IMG/VR virus record: IMGVR_UViG_3300000101_000010
DNA length: 64,000 nt
Source: a virus
Reading direction: 5' to 3' (one strand)
Of this stretch, positions 1 through 10,226 are shown piece after piece (the stretch's first letter is position 1; each line of letters begins with the position of its first letter). The notes below the pieces were generated by a model. The model was not told the origin of the DNA, ran no database searches, and saw only the letters and a program-made list of their open reading frames with translations. Position numbers and translations under genes: made by a program.

Positions 1-2
1 CA

Positions 3-1877
3 TACACAACTACATCACACACAGTTATTGCAATAGCAGACGACAGTGATGAAATTGCAATTAGTACAACAGATGGTACAAGTTGGACTTATGTTAACAC
101 AGGGTTTGGAACAGGACAAAAATTCTTAGCTTACGGTAATGGTAAGTGGATGATTGTTAAAGAAGATGGGTCTGCTATAGAAAGTATTAATGACGGACAA
201 ACTTGGCAGACAGCAAATAATGTTGCTCCAGGAACTTACAATGTTACAGGATTTGCATTTGGTAATGGAAGATTTGTAGCATCAGTACAACCAAATGGAA
301 CAGCTACATTTGTATTTGATCCATCAACTACAATGATTAATTCAGTTTCAGGTACAACTAGTGCTACGTTTGGATTAAACAGTACATTCTATATTAGCTT
401 TACAGATAAAGACACAGGGCCAACAAACTCAAGTTGGTTACTAGTATCAGACGGAAACTATATTGGTACAAGAGTATTTGGACTTGCTTATCAAGACGGA
501 TTGTTTATGGCAATTAGTGTACAAGGTGATATTTTATATGGTGACGGCGGACATGTTTGGAACAGCAAACCAGCTATACCTTTATTGAACGCACAAAACT
601 ACAGACAAAAAATTCACCCAATGACATTAACATCAAGTACTGGTACTGCTGGTCCAAGATTTATTATTACACCGTCAAGTGCAACAGCAAACTTAGCGGC
701 AATTAAATTTGGTGCTAAAGCAAAAATGAGAGCGTTCCCTGTAACAACAGGACGTATTGATGCATTTACAATGTCAGATACAGGTAGTGGTTATGACGCA
801 GGTATTCCACCACAAATACATGTACATGATACACAAAAAACAACAGAAGTAACGTACCAAGTTAGAGTTAAAAATAGAGTGTTAGGACAACCTAACTTTA
901 CTAACAGAGGTGCGGCTTATACTAAATTTAATGCTGTAACAATTACTGGTGATGGTTATGCAGACTTATTCCAAATTGGCGGCGAGATAATTGTTAGCGG
1001 TCTATCATTACTTCCAAGTCCAGGTGATAACTTTAGAGTTGACGGTATTAACGATGTAATTTATAAAGTTGGTACAGCTACAGTATTAGAAGGTGCTATA
1101 CCAAATGCTACAGCGAAACTTACAATTAGTCCTAACATGGGCGTACAAGAATCGCCAAATCATGCTGTATCAGCAAACATTAGACAGAACTACAGTCAGG
1201 TACGATTAACATTCCATGATTTCCTAGACATTGGTACAGGTAACTTTGGAGATACTGCTTATCCGTTATTATATACAGACGGCTTTGGTAACATTAATCC
1301 ACCAGAGCAATCATACGAAGCTCAAGAGTATAACGGAGGTAGAGTATTCTACGCTTCTACAGACCAAGATGGTAACTTTAGAGTAGGTGAATTATTTAAA
1401 GTTGAACAGAGTACAGGTATTGTTACTATTAATGCTTCACAGTTTGACTTAAAAGGACTTGACGAACTTAGACTTGGAGCGTTTATACTTGGTGGAACAA
1501 ACGCTGTAATTAGAGAATTCTCAAAAGAACAAACATTTGTTGCTAACAGTAACAATATTGTACCAACACAAAAAGCTATTGCGGCGTATTTACAAGGTAG
1601 AATTAGTGGTGGTGGATCAAACGTTGCGGCAAACGCAGTTACAGCAGGTACTTGTAAATTTAGTGACTTGAATCACATATCAAATACAGGTGGAATAGCT
1701 ATTAATATTCCAGTAACCATGCACATGACTAAGATACCAAGTGGTATGATGATGGCACAAGCGTTCTTTAACGGTAATATGGATACTATGATGCTTACAG
1801 AAAGTCAAGATGACTTTGAAGGAAGCGATGGATTCTATGACGGTGGCGAAAATGGCTACGGTCCGGGAGGATTATAA
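3..1877 (+). CDS. Tail fibre / baseplate-associated protein, 5'-truncated
   Basis: Frame is open from base 3 to the ORF-track Met at 150, so the gene starts upstream. Beta-propeller-like xAYGNGxW/xAFGNGRF repeats. C-terminal module (YSQVRLTFHDFLDIGTG...STDQDGNFRVG...IVPTQKAI) is paralogous to that of the next gene. Confidence 0.75.
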   Translation, partial: YTTTSHTVIAIADDSDEIAISTTDGTSWTYVNTGFGTGQKFLAYGNGKWMIVKEDGSAIESINDGQTWQTANNVAPGTYNVTGFAFGNGRFVASVQPNGTATFVFDPSTTMINSVSGTTSATFGLNSTFYISFTDKDTGPTNSSWLLVSDGNYIGTRVFGLAYQDGLFMAISVQGDILYGDGGHVWNSKPAIPLLNAQNYRQKIHPMTLTSSTGTAGPRFIITPSSATANLAAIKFGAKAKMRAFPVTTGRIDAFTMSDTGSGYDAGIPPQIHVHDTQKTTEVTYQVRVKNRVLGQPNFTNRGAAYTKFNAVTITGDGYADLFQIGGEIIVSGLSLLPSPGDNFRVDGINDVIYKVGTATVLEGAIPNATAKLTISPNMGVQESPNHAVSANIRQNYSQVRLTFHDFLDIGTGNFGDTAYPLLYTDGFGNINPPEQSYEAQEYNGGRVFYASTDQDGNFRVGELFKVEQSTGIVTINASQFDLKGLDELRLGAFILGGTNAVIREFSKEQTFVANSNNIVPTQKAIAAYLQGRISGGGSNVAANAVTAGTCKFSDLNHISNTGGIAINIPVTMHMTKIPSGMMMAQAFFNGNMDTMMLTESQDDFEGSDGFYDGGENGYGPGGL

Positions 1878-1885
1878 ACCAAATG

Positions 1886-1892
1886 ATAAATA
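1886..1892 (+). promoter_or_regulatory. T4-type late promoter box (ATAAATA)
   Basis: NTAAATA in the short intergenic gap before the 2037-aa fibre gene; the motif recurs before most structural genes. Confidence 0.65.
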
Positions 1893-1919
1893 CATATAAC
1901 ACGCATGTAGGAAGAAAAA

Positions 1920-4900
1920 ATGGCAGAATTTAAACTAGGTAGAATTAGATTTGTATGGAAAGGTGCTTGGACAACCGGTACTGTATACTATAAAGACGAT
2001 ATCGTAAGACAAGGCGGAAGAACTTACTTCTGTAATGTAGGACACACAGCGTCTGCAGATTTTGCCACTGACGAATCAGCTAAATGGCAACTATTCACAG
2101 ATGGTGTTTCTTGGAATGGCGCCTGGACATCTAACTACTATTACAAACAAAACGACCTTATTAAATATGGTGGTTATCTTTACGTTTGTAACACAGCTCA
2201 CACTTCAGAAGTTGACGGTGCTACAGCAGGAAAATTAGAAACTGATCAAGCTAAATGGGATTTATTTGCAGAAAGTTTTGATTGGAAAAGTGACTGGACT
2301 ATTACTACAGTTTACAAAGTAAATGACATTGTTAAGTACGGTGGTAATTTATATCTTTGTAACACAGCACACACAGGTTCAAGTTCACAAGGAAGTGACA
2401 TTGATGGATTAGAAGCAGATCTTTCTAAATGGGATATTTTCTCAAAAGGAATGGACTGGAAAAGTGCATGGGCAATTAGTACAAGATATAGAACCGGCGA
2501 TACTGTTAAGTATGGCGGAAGAATGTACATTTGTAATGAAGGTCATTTATCAAATGCGGCGGTTGGAGAAGGTTTAGAATCTGATCAAACTAAGTGGGAC
2601 GTTGTACACAATGGTATTGAATACAAAACAGTACATGCAATTAATACACGATACAAAATTAATGATGTTGTTAAATTTGGTGGCGGTCTTTGGATTAACA
2701 CTCATGAACATACATCAAGTGCAACAAGTTTAACTGACGATGTTACAAGTGCAGGACACATTGTAACAATTGATACAGTTAGTGCCGCTGACACAGACAG
2801 AACAGCAGGTACATACAACGACATTACAGGAACATCAGATGGTCCAGGTACTGGACACAGATTTAATGTTACAATAGATAATCTTGGTGCGGCAACTGTA
2901 TCAGTAGTTAAAGGTGGTCAGGGACATGTAATTGGTAACACAATTTCAATTAGTCCAACAGACTTTGGCGGAACAGGAACTACACTTACGTTTAATGTTC
3001 TTACTATTGAAACAAGCACACAGTGGCAACAATTTATTCCAGGTTTAGAATTTGAGGATAGTTGGTCAGGATCAACAGCATACCAAGTAGGTGACTTTGT
3101 TACTTATGGTGGTTATTCTTATATTGCTACACAAAACAATACTAACGTTGTTCCATTTGGTAATGCGGCAACATGGGATTTATTTACAACAGGATTTAGT
3201 TTAAAAGGTGACTACAATAATGCAACTGCTTATAAAGTTGGTGATGTAGTTAGAGTTGGTGGATACACATATATTAGTATCCAAGACACAACAGGAAACA
3301 GACCACCTAACGTAACTTATTGGGACAGACTTAATGAAGGTATGTCTTGGAAAGATGCGTGGGCTAACGCAACATACTATGACTTAGGTGATGTTGTTAG
3401 AGGAATTAACAATGTTAACTCTTATATTTGTGTACAAGCACACACATCAGATCAAGTAAGTAATCAAGATAGACCAGATCAAGATGTAGCAGGTGCATAT
3501 TGGAAACTTATGTCAGGCGGTGTTGAGTCAGGTAACTTAACAACTGCTGGTGACATAGTTTACTACGGTGGATCAGGACCAACAAGATTACCAATTGGTA
3601 AAGATGGTCAAGTATTAAAAGTTAATGCGGCAGGTACTGCTCCGGAATGGGCATACTTTGGACAGTTAGATCAAGTTTACTATGTTGGTAAAAGTGGTGT
3701 TGACGGATTTGCACCAGCATATGGTGTTACAATCGATAAGCCATTCTTTTCAACAAGATGGGCATGTGAGCAAATACGTAAAGGCCCACGTAACCCAGAA
3801 GCAACATTCTTAATTGAAATGAACAAACAGTTTATTCAAGAACAAACAATGGAATTTATTACACACAGTATTGCAAATAATACTGCTCCATTTACAACTT
3901 CATTTACATATAATGCAGTTAAATGTCGTAGAGACATTGGAATTATTTTAGATGCATTACTATGGGATCTAAGACACGGCGGTAATGTAAGAATGCGTGA
4001 ATGTGCATTGTCTTATATTTCACCAGCAGGTGCAAACTATGTTGCAGGACAACAAGCAGAAACTAATGCGGCAATTAATTACGCAATGAGCTTACTGCCA
4101 AACATTATTACAAACTTAGCACCAGCAGTAAACTACGCAACATTAAACAGCGTAAGTACACCAGTTGTACAACTTACTGATGCTACTAAAACTGCTGAAC
4201 CAAACATTGCAACAACAGCTAATGCGTTGACATTATTAGTTACGGGTACAATTACAGCAGGTAATACTACTAATTTACAGAAAAAAATTAAACCAAACGT
4301 AACAGTATTTGTTAAAACAGGACAGTATAACGAAATACTTCCAATTATTGTTCCAGCAGATGTAGCAGTTGTTGGTGATGAATTACGTAGTACAGAAATT
4401 AGTGCGGCAACAGCAGGACCAACTGATGTTAACGATGCTAACCTAAGTAAAACTGCTATACTAAGAATGAAAGCAATACTTAGCGATGTTGTATTAAACA
4501 ACTCTGTTACTAAAACAGCGGCAGGTGGACACTTAACAATGGATAACTTTGGTGCCGCAGATGCAAGTAGAGCAACAGGTACATATTCAAACGTAACAGG
4601 TTCAAGTTCAGCTTCAGGTACAGTAGGAACATTTGACATTGCAGTTGATGGTACTGGCGCAGTAACAAGCGTATTAGTAGTTACAGCAGGATCAGGACAT
4701 GCAGTTAACGACACAATTACTATTGCAGATAGTGCATTAGGTAGTGGCGGCGGAGCGGCATTTACAATGGATGTTGCAACAATCAGTACAGGTAACACAC
4801 GTACACAAGATGTTAGATTACCAGCAGGTAATGCAACGGCTGTTACAACAGCTGAGTTACTATTCCAAGACATTCATGATTATATTGACTATGAAGTTAA

Positions 4901-7900
4901 CGGAACAGGAACTAAACCAACAGTTACAGGACAAGTTGGTAGAAGAACTGATGCGGCTTACACAGATACAAGAGGAAGAATTTTAGCTAACTTAGAATTT
5001 ATAGTAGATGAAGCATATGAATATATTCAAGCTACAAGTACTAAAGCATTCCAAGAAGCAAGTCCAGATGCGGCTCAACAAGCATCATGTAAAAGAGATG
5101 CAAGAGAATATGTAAAAGCAGTTCTTTGGGATTTAGAAAACTTTGGTAACTACTATTCAACACTTACAGGTAGATGGTTTAGTAACGCAGTTAGTGGTTC
5201 ACTTCTAGAAGATATGTTCTACTTAGAAAATGGTACTGGTTTAAGAAACTGTACTGTTAAAGGACTAGCAGGAGCATTAGGTGCACCAAACGTATACGGA
5301 ACTAAACGTCCAACAGCAGGAGCATTTTGTTCACTTAACCCAAGTTGGGGACCAGATGATGAAGATGCGTGGATTATTACACGTTCACCATATGTACAAA
5401 ACGTAACAACATTTGGTACAAGATGTATTGGACTTAAAGTAGACGGAGATATTCATAACGGTGGTAACGATTCGATTGTTGCTAACGACTTTACACAGGT
5501 ACTTGATGAAGGTATTGGTGCATGGGTTACTAACTTAGGAAGAGCAGAACTTGTTTCCGTGTTCTCATACTACGGACACATTGGTTATCTTGCAGAAGCA
5601 GGCGGTAAAATACGTGCTACTAACGGTAACAGTTCATACGGTGACTTTGGTACTGTAGCAGAAGGTGTTGACTTAACTGAAACAGCTATTAAAGCAACAG
5701 TAGATAACAGAAGTTTTGATGCAGTTATTGGTGCAGTTGTAACTAACAACACAGGAATTATACACCACGAATATATACATGCAGGTAGAGAATATGTACC
5801 AGCTAACACAACACTTAGTTACTCAGGAGATGGATTTGGTATTACTGGATTAACTCCAACAGTTGTAACAGGTGGTGTTATGCAGATTAGATTAACAGGT
5901 ACAACAGAAACATTTGGTGGTAAAGATTATAAAACTGCAACTAATACTCCACAAACTGGTAATACTACAAGCATTACAATTTCAAACACAGATGCTTCGT
6001 TGAGTGCGGCATACTTAGGTATGGCAGTATTCCTAGTAGGTGGTAAAGGTGCAGGGCAGTATGGTTATATTGATACATACAACGCAGGTACAAAAATTGC
6101 TACAATTAAAAAATATTCAGATAACTTAGCAGGTTGGGACGTTACAGTTAGCGGACAAGCAGTTGAAGCTGAATTAGATAATACAACACAATACAGCATT
6201 GAACCAAGAGTTACTATTAGTGCTCCTGGCAATGACGGATCAACAGCAACAGCACAAGCGATTGCTAGAGCAAAAGTTGCAGATGGTAAAATTAGTGAAG
6301 TAAGAATTATTCACCCAGGTGCTTCTTATACAGCACCTCCAACAGTAACATTTACAGATCCAAACAATACAGAAGATGCTCCATTAGAAGTATTCTTAGG
6401 TGATGGTGTACTTGCACAACCAACGTTTGCTTCAAGAGGAACAGGTTGGACAACAGCTACAGCTGAAGTTGTAGATGCAGGTTATGAAAAAGACATTACA
6501 GGAGTATCATTTACTGCTAATCCTTATGCTTACACATTGCTTACAGCTAACAAAGAATTTATTAAAGACGAAGTTATTGCTTACATTGACAATCAAATTG
6601 TAAACGCTCCTGTTGGTAGCTCATTATGGGATGCCTTTACATATGATGGTGCATCATGGGAATCAGACGTTGGCGAATATGTTGATGCACTAGCACATGA
6701 TATCAAATTTGGTGGAACTAAAGAAACAATTAGAGCCGCTAGAAGTTATTGGATTGGTGTAAACTCTACGCTACCAGGAAGACAAGGTCAAAAACTTGCG
6801 GCTTATGAGTTTATGAGAACGTTGCTAACAACTAATATTTTAGCTAACTCAGCTTACACAACTTTACAAAGTCCAGTAGTAACTACACAAACTACAAATG
6901 CTAACAACGGTGAAGCAGGTGCTATTACTTTAATGGGCGGCTTAATTGACATTGTTAACGAAGGACTAATAAACGGACTTACAAGTTTACCACAGGACGG
7001 TGGAACAGGTATATTAAATATTACTGTTACATCACATGGATTAATTGACGGAGACAAAGTGTTAATTAATACAGTTGGTGGTACAACACAAATTAACGGT
7101 AATAGATATTATGTAAAACGTATTGATGCAAATACTTTACAACTTTACTTAGATTATTTGTTACTATTTCCGGCAGTACTTACAAACGGTAGCCCATACG
7201 TTGCTAACGGTACTATTTCATACGGAGCAGGTTACAGAGATGCTAAACAAGATGGCAAATACATGCAGGTTGAAGGAATGGAATCTATTCCACAAGCTGG
7301 TGCAAACGTAGAATTTGCAAGTTTGCCAAATCAATTCTTTAAACTTGTTAGTGTTACACAATTAACTGGTAGTTCACCATACTCAGCATTACTACAAATA
7401 TCACCAAACATGGAGTTAAATGATGCTCCAACACACGGCGATAATGTTGAAATGCGAATTAGATATTCGCAATGTAGACTAACAGGACACGACTATTTGG
7501 ACATTGGTACTGGTGGATTCACTACTACTAACTATCCAGGTACTCCAACTACACCAGCTGATCCTACAGATGAAGCTGTAGAGGGTGGTGGAGGAAGAGT
7601 GTTCTTCACAAGTACAGACCAAGACGGTAACTTTAGAGTTGGCGACTTGTTTAGTGTTGAACAGGCAACTGGTATTGCAACGCTAAATGCTGATGCATTT
7701 AGTATATCAGGACTACAAGAACTACAACTTGGAGCAGTAGCACTTGGCGGTGCTGGTGCAACAGTTAACGAATTTAGTACAGATGGTACGTTTACTGCGA
7801 ACAGTGATAGTATTGTTCCTACACAGAAGGCTATTAAGACATATATTACTAGCCAAATTGGTGGAGGTGCATCAGAATTGAACGTAAATAGTGTAACTGC

Positions 7901-8033
7901 TGGTGTTATCAATATTCAAGGTAATACAATAACAACTACTACCGGAGTATTAATAAATACAACAGCACAGATGCATTTCACAGGTGGCGTAAGCGGATCA
8001 CCTGTAGCGATGCAACAATTTATATTGAGCTAA
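1920..8033 (+). CDS. Giant tail fibre protein (2037 aa) with N-terminal CBM5/12-like repeats
   Basis: About 8 repeats of WxxxWxxxxxYxxxDxVxYGGxxYxCxxxH, then Thr/Gly-rich beta modules, YNxxKCxRD-type helical modules and a pectin-lyase-like middle. SD AGGA upstream. Confidence 0.8.
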   Translation: MAEFKLGRIRFVWKGAWTTGTVYYKDDIVRQGGRTYFCNVGHTASADFATDESAKWQLFTDGVSWNGAWTSNYYYKQNDLIKYGGYLYVCNTAHTSEVDGATAGKLETDQAKWDLFAESFDWKSDWTITTVYKVNDIVKYGGNLYLCNTAHTGSSSQGSDIDGLEADLSKWDIFSKGMDWKSAWAISTRYRTGDTVKYGGRMYICNEGHLSNAAVGEGLESDQTKWDVVHNGIEYKTVHAINTRYKINDVVKFGGGLWINTHEHTSSATSLTDDVTSAGHIVTIDTVSAADTDRTAGTYNDITGTSDGPGTGHRFNVTIDNLGAATVSVVKGGQGHVIGNTISISPTDFGGTGTTLTFNVLTIETSTQWQQFIPGLEFEDSWSGSTAYQVGDFVTYGGYSYIATQNNTNVVPFGNAATWDLFTTGFSLKGDYNNATAYKVGDVVRVGGYTYISIQDTTGNRPPNVTYWDRLNEGMSWKDAWANATYYDLGDVVRGINNVNSYICVQAHTSDQVSNQDRPDQDVAGAYWKLMSGGVESGNLTTAGDIVYYGGSGPTRLPIGKDGQVLKVNAAGTAPEWAYFGQLDQVYYVGKSGVDGFAPAYGVTIDKPFFSTRWACEQIRKGPRNPEATFLIEMNKQFIQEQTMEFITHSIANNTAPFTTSFTYNAVKCRRDIGIILDALLWDLRHGGNVRMRECALSYISPAGANYVAGQQAETNAAINYAMSLLPNIITNLAPAVNYATLNSVSTPVVQLTDATKTAEPNIATTANALTLLVTGTITAGNTTNLQKKIKPNVTVFVKTGQYNEILPIIVPADVAVVGDELRSTEISAATAGPTDVNDANLSKTAILRMKAILSDVVLNNSVTKTAAGGHLTMDNFGAADASRATGTYSNVTGSSSASGTVGTFDIAVDGTGAVTSVLVVTAGSGHAVNDTITIADSALGSGGGAAFTMDVATISTGNTRTQDVRLPAGNATAVTTAELLFQDIHDYIDYEVNGTGTKPTVTGQVGRRTDAAYTDTRGRILANLEFIVDEAYEYIQATSTKAFQEASPDAAQQASCKRDAREYVKAVLWDLENFGNYYSTLTGRWFSNAVSGSLLEDMFYLENGTGLRNCTVKGLAGALGAPNVYGTKRPTAGAFCSLNPSWGPDDEDAWIITRSPYVQNVTTFGTRCIGLKVDGDIHNGGNDSIVANDFTQVLDEGIGAWVTNLGRAELVSVFSYYGHIGYLAEAGGKIRATNGNSSYGDFGTVAEGVDLTETAIKATVDNRSFDAVIGAVVTNNTGIIHHEYIHAGREYVPANTTLSYSGDGFGITGLTPTVVTGGVMQIRLTGTTETFGGKDYKTATNTPQTGNTTSITISNTDASLSAAYLGMAVFLVGGKGAGQYGYIDTYNAGTKIATIKKYSDNLAGWDVTVSGQAVEAELDNTTQYSIEPRVTISAPGNDGSTATAQAIARAKVADGKISEVRIIHPGASYTAPPTVTFTDPNNTEDAPLEVFLGDGVLAQPTFASRGTGWTTATAEVVDAGYEKDITGVSFTANPYAYTLLTANKEFIKDEVIAYIDNQIVNAPVGSSLWDAFTYDGASWESDVGEYVDALAHDIKFGGTKETIRAARSYWIGVNSTLPGRQGQKLAAYEFMRTLLTTNILANSAYTTLQSPVVTTQTTNANNGEAGAITLMGGLIDIVNEGLINGLTSLPQDGGTGILNITVTSHGLIDGDKVLINTVGGTTQINGNRYYVKRIDANTLQLYLDYLLLFPAVLTNGSPYVANGTISYGAGYRDAKQDGKYMQVEGMESIPQAGANVEFASLPNQFFKLVSVTQLTGSSPYSALLQISPNMELNDAPTHGDNVEMRIRYSQCRLTGHDYLDIGTGGFTTTNYPGTPTTPADPTDEAVEGGGGRVFFTSTDQDGNFRVGDLFSVEQATGIATLNADAFSISGLQELQLGAVALGGAGATVNEFSTDGTFTANSDSIVPTQKAIKTYITSQIGGGASELNVNSVTAGVINIQGNTITTTTGVLINTTAQMHFTGGVSGSPVAMQQFILS

Positions 8034-8046
8034 AAGGAGAAATAAT

Positions 8047-8367
8047 ATGGCCACAGGAAGATTAGGACACGCAGACTTAGCCGCTGGCACTAACACTTCT
8101 CTTTACACGGTACCTGCAAACACCTTCGGGATTGTAACGCTATCGATTTGTAATAGAGGAAATAGTGCAATTTCGGTAAGGGTTGCAGTCGCATCAGCTG
8201 GAACACCACTAGCAAGTGAATACATTGAATATGATGTAGAGTTACTAGCTAAGGGTGTGTTAGAAAGATCAGGTATTGCTTTGGCGGCAGGGCAAATACT
8301 TGTTGTTTACAGTTCTGCCGTGAACGTCAGTGCAGTAGCAATGGGTATTGAGACATCTACAGCATAA
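8047..8367 (+). CDS. Small virion structural protein (tail-fibre associated)
   Basis: 106-aa beta-rich ORF with SD AAGGAG, inside the fibre cluster. Confidence 0.6.
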   Translation: MATGRLGHADLAAGTNTSLYTVPANTFGIVTLSICNRGNSAISVRVAVASAGTPLASEYIEYDVELLAKGVLERSGIALAAGQILVVYSSAVNVSAVAMGIETSTA

Positions 8368-8369
8368 TG

Positions 8370-8376
8370 ATAAATA
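8370..8376 (+). promoter_or_regulatory. Late promoter box (ATAAATA)
   Basis: Intergenic motif 24 nt upstream of ATG 8401. Confidence 0.65.
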
Positions 8377-8400
8377 TAGTAATAAAAAGGAAACACTAAA

Positions 8401-8733
8401 ATGGGAAGATATATTTCAACAACAGGGACTGCTAGTAGCGTTATTCGTAGTATTAACACTACCTATCAAGCCATTGTTAATGATAGAATTTTAGCTGATT
8501 CTTCGGGTTCTGGATTTACAGTTACTTTACCAGCAAATGCTAGTTTAGTCGTAAACGATACAATTTCAGTCATTGATGTTACAGGTAGTTTCAACACTAA
8601 CAACGTAACACTTGCTAGAAACGGTTCAAAGATCCAAAACTTATCGGAGAATTTAGTTTTAGACATTAATAACGTGGCGATTACATTGATTTATTCCGGG
8701 TCGACTTACGGCTGGATTATGTCAGGAACGTAA
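8401..8733 (+). CDS. Stand-alone tail-fibre distal domain protein
   Basis: TLPA...ND.I..ID..G.F.TNN.T..RNG..I...LVLD......LIY...YGW pattern typical of phage fibre tip/connector domains. Confidence 0.6.
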   Translation: MGRYISTTGTASSVIRSINTTYQAIVNDRILADSSGSGFTVTLPANASLVVNDTISVIDVTGSFNTNNVTLARNGSKIQNLSENLVLDINNVAITLIYSGSTYGWIMSGT

Positions 8734-8751
8734 GAAGAGAGGATACTAATT

Positions 8752-9492
8752 ATGGCAGACCTGAGAACACTATTAGGCGACACTATTGGAGGATCTTCGG
8801 TTCCTACAAAATTCTTCTACGTCTACAATAACAATAGAGGAATTAACAATGGTGGTTGCTGTTGTAACTGGACAGTACCAACTGGTATTGTTAACGTAAC
8901 GTTTGAGTTATGGGGAGCAGGCGCGGCAGGAGCAGGTGGTTGCTGTTGTCAGTTTAGTTCACAGAACGCAGGTGGCGGGTCATATGCGATTAGATCACAT
9001 TCAGTTGTAGCTGGATGTACATTTACAATTTGTGCGGCAGGTAATGGTGCATGTTGTGAACGTGATTGTTTAGGAATTGACGGATCAACTAGTTTTGTTA
9101 CTGGTTCAAGTATTGCAACAACGTGTGCAAGAGGTGGATGTACAGGAAGAACAAACTGTCATGCACACTATGCATATAACTGTTGCTTTGGTTGTTCAAC
9201 AATAGGTGGTGGAACGCAGGGCGATTTAAGATTAGGTCACAGTAGAGGACAACCACTACAAACGCATTATTGTCACAATCAAATGTGGGATTATGTCCCA
9301 AGTGCACCAAAGAGTAGCAACACAAGAAAAGGACGTGATTACTGCGGTAATCCAATGACTTGTTCAGGTTGCGGATGGGGTTGTGCTCAACCTTACCCAG
9401 GTGATGCTGGATATAATGGTACTGCATGTGGCGGACCGTGCTGTTGGGGCCATTGGGGCTCAGGCGGAATGGTTAAGGTGTCGTACAGTTAA
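8752..9492 (+). CDS. Cys/Gly-rich adhesin-like tail protein 1
   Basis: 25 Cys in 246 aa (manual count); WTVP...FELWGAGAAG glycine-rich domain motif; two CCC triplets; ends GGMVKVSYS. Confidence 0.65.
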   Translation: MADLRTLLGDTIGGSSVPTKFFYVYNNNRGINNGGCCCNWTVPTGIVNVTFELWGAGAAGAGGCCCQFSSQNAGGGSYAIRSHSVVAGCTFTICAAGNGACCERDCLGIDGSTSFVTGSSIATTCARGGCTGRTNCHAHYAYNCCFGCSTIGGGTQGDLRLGHSRGQPLQTHYCHNQMWDYVPSAPKSSNTRKGRDYCGNPMTCSGCGWGCAQPYPGDAGYNGTACGGPCCWGHWGSGGMVKVSYS

Positions 9493-9497
9493 TATGA

Positions 9498-9504
9498 CTA
9501 AATA
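9498..9504 (+). promoter_or_regulatory. Late promoter box (CTAAATA)
   Basis: Intergenic motif 17 nt upstream of ATG 9522. Confidence 0.55.
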
Positions 9505-9521
9505 CAAACGAAGGAAACAAA

Positions 9522-10214
9522 ATGGCTGAAATTACAAAAAACTTTACATATGATATCCCCAATGAATATTTGAGTCAATCAAATAGTGATGGGGACACAG
9601 CAACAGCTAGTTATACAGGACCAGAATCATTGTATATCTATGTTGATGCAACAAGCGGAAAAAATACACTATCACAAAATGCTCCAGATGAGGAGTTTAA
9701 CTACAATCCAACTACTGATACAACACCAGAAGGTGAAAGATTAGTTACTTTAGATTGTGCAGGCGAAGATACTTTAATGTGTGCTATCTTTCTTCCACAC
9801 ACAGTAACGATAACGCAAAGTGATGTTGTAACAAATTTACCAGAAGATTACGGAACATACTCCACTAAGTGGCCACCATATCCAGATCATGCTTACGAAA
9901 GAGACTTATGTACTCATGACGCTGATTCGAATAACTGGACACTAACTTGGAAGCAACCGTGGCAAACATGGGAAACATTAACACAATTAAGAAACGATAG
10001 ATTAGATTCAACAGATCATAAAGTATCAGCAGATTCACCTGATAGCGTTAAGAATCCTTGGATTGCATTTAGACAAAAACTTAGAGAATTACCAGTTACG
10101 TACAAGCGTGGCGCGGCAGATGAAATTCCAGCACATATGGTTAAGTTCCCAGAAGAACCAACTGTAGGCGGATATGCTGAAGCACCAGCTGAAGATGGCG
10201 TAGGAATAGGTTAA
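9522..10214 (+). CDS. Tail fibre assembly chaperone (Tfa-like C-terminal domain) 1
   Basis: WETLTQLRNDRLDSTD...WIAFRQKLRELP...FPEEP matches the phage tail-assembly chaperone pattern. Confidence 0.7.
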   Translation: MAEITKNFTYDIPNEYLSQSNSDGDTATASYTGPESLYIYVDATSGKNTLSQNAPDEEFNYNPTTDTTPEGERLVTLDCAGEDTLMCAIFLPHTVTITQSDVVTNLPEDYGTYSTKWPPYPDHAYERDLCTHDADSNNWTLTWKQPWQTWETLTQLRNDRLDSTDHKVSADSPDSVKNPWIAFRQKLRELPVTYKRGAADEIPAHMVKFPEEPTVGGYAEAPAEDGVGIG

Positions 10215-10226
10215 GGAGAACAATAA

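Noticed and set aside
4133-4873. 246-aa antisense ORF, and similar ones at 7532, 19811, 23224, 32103, 39716, 51358 and elsewhere
   Set aside because: Shadow frames of Thr/Val/Gly-rich genes with biased codons; no SD, promoter or recognisable motifs.
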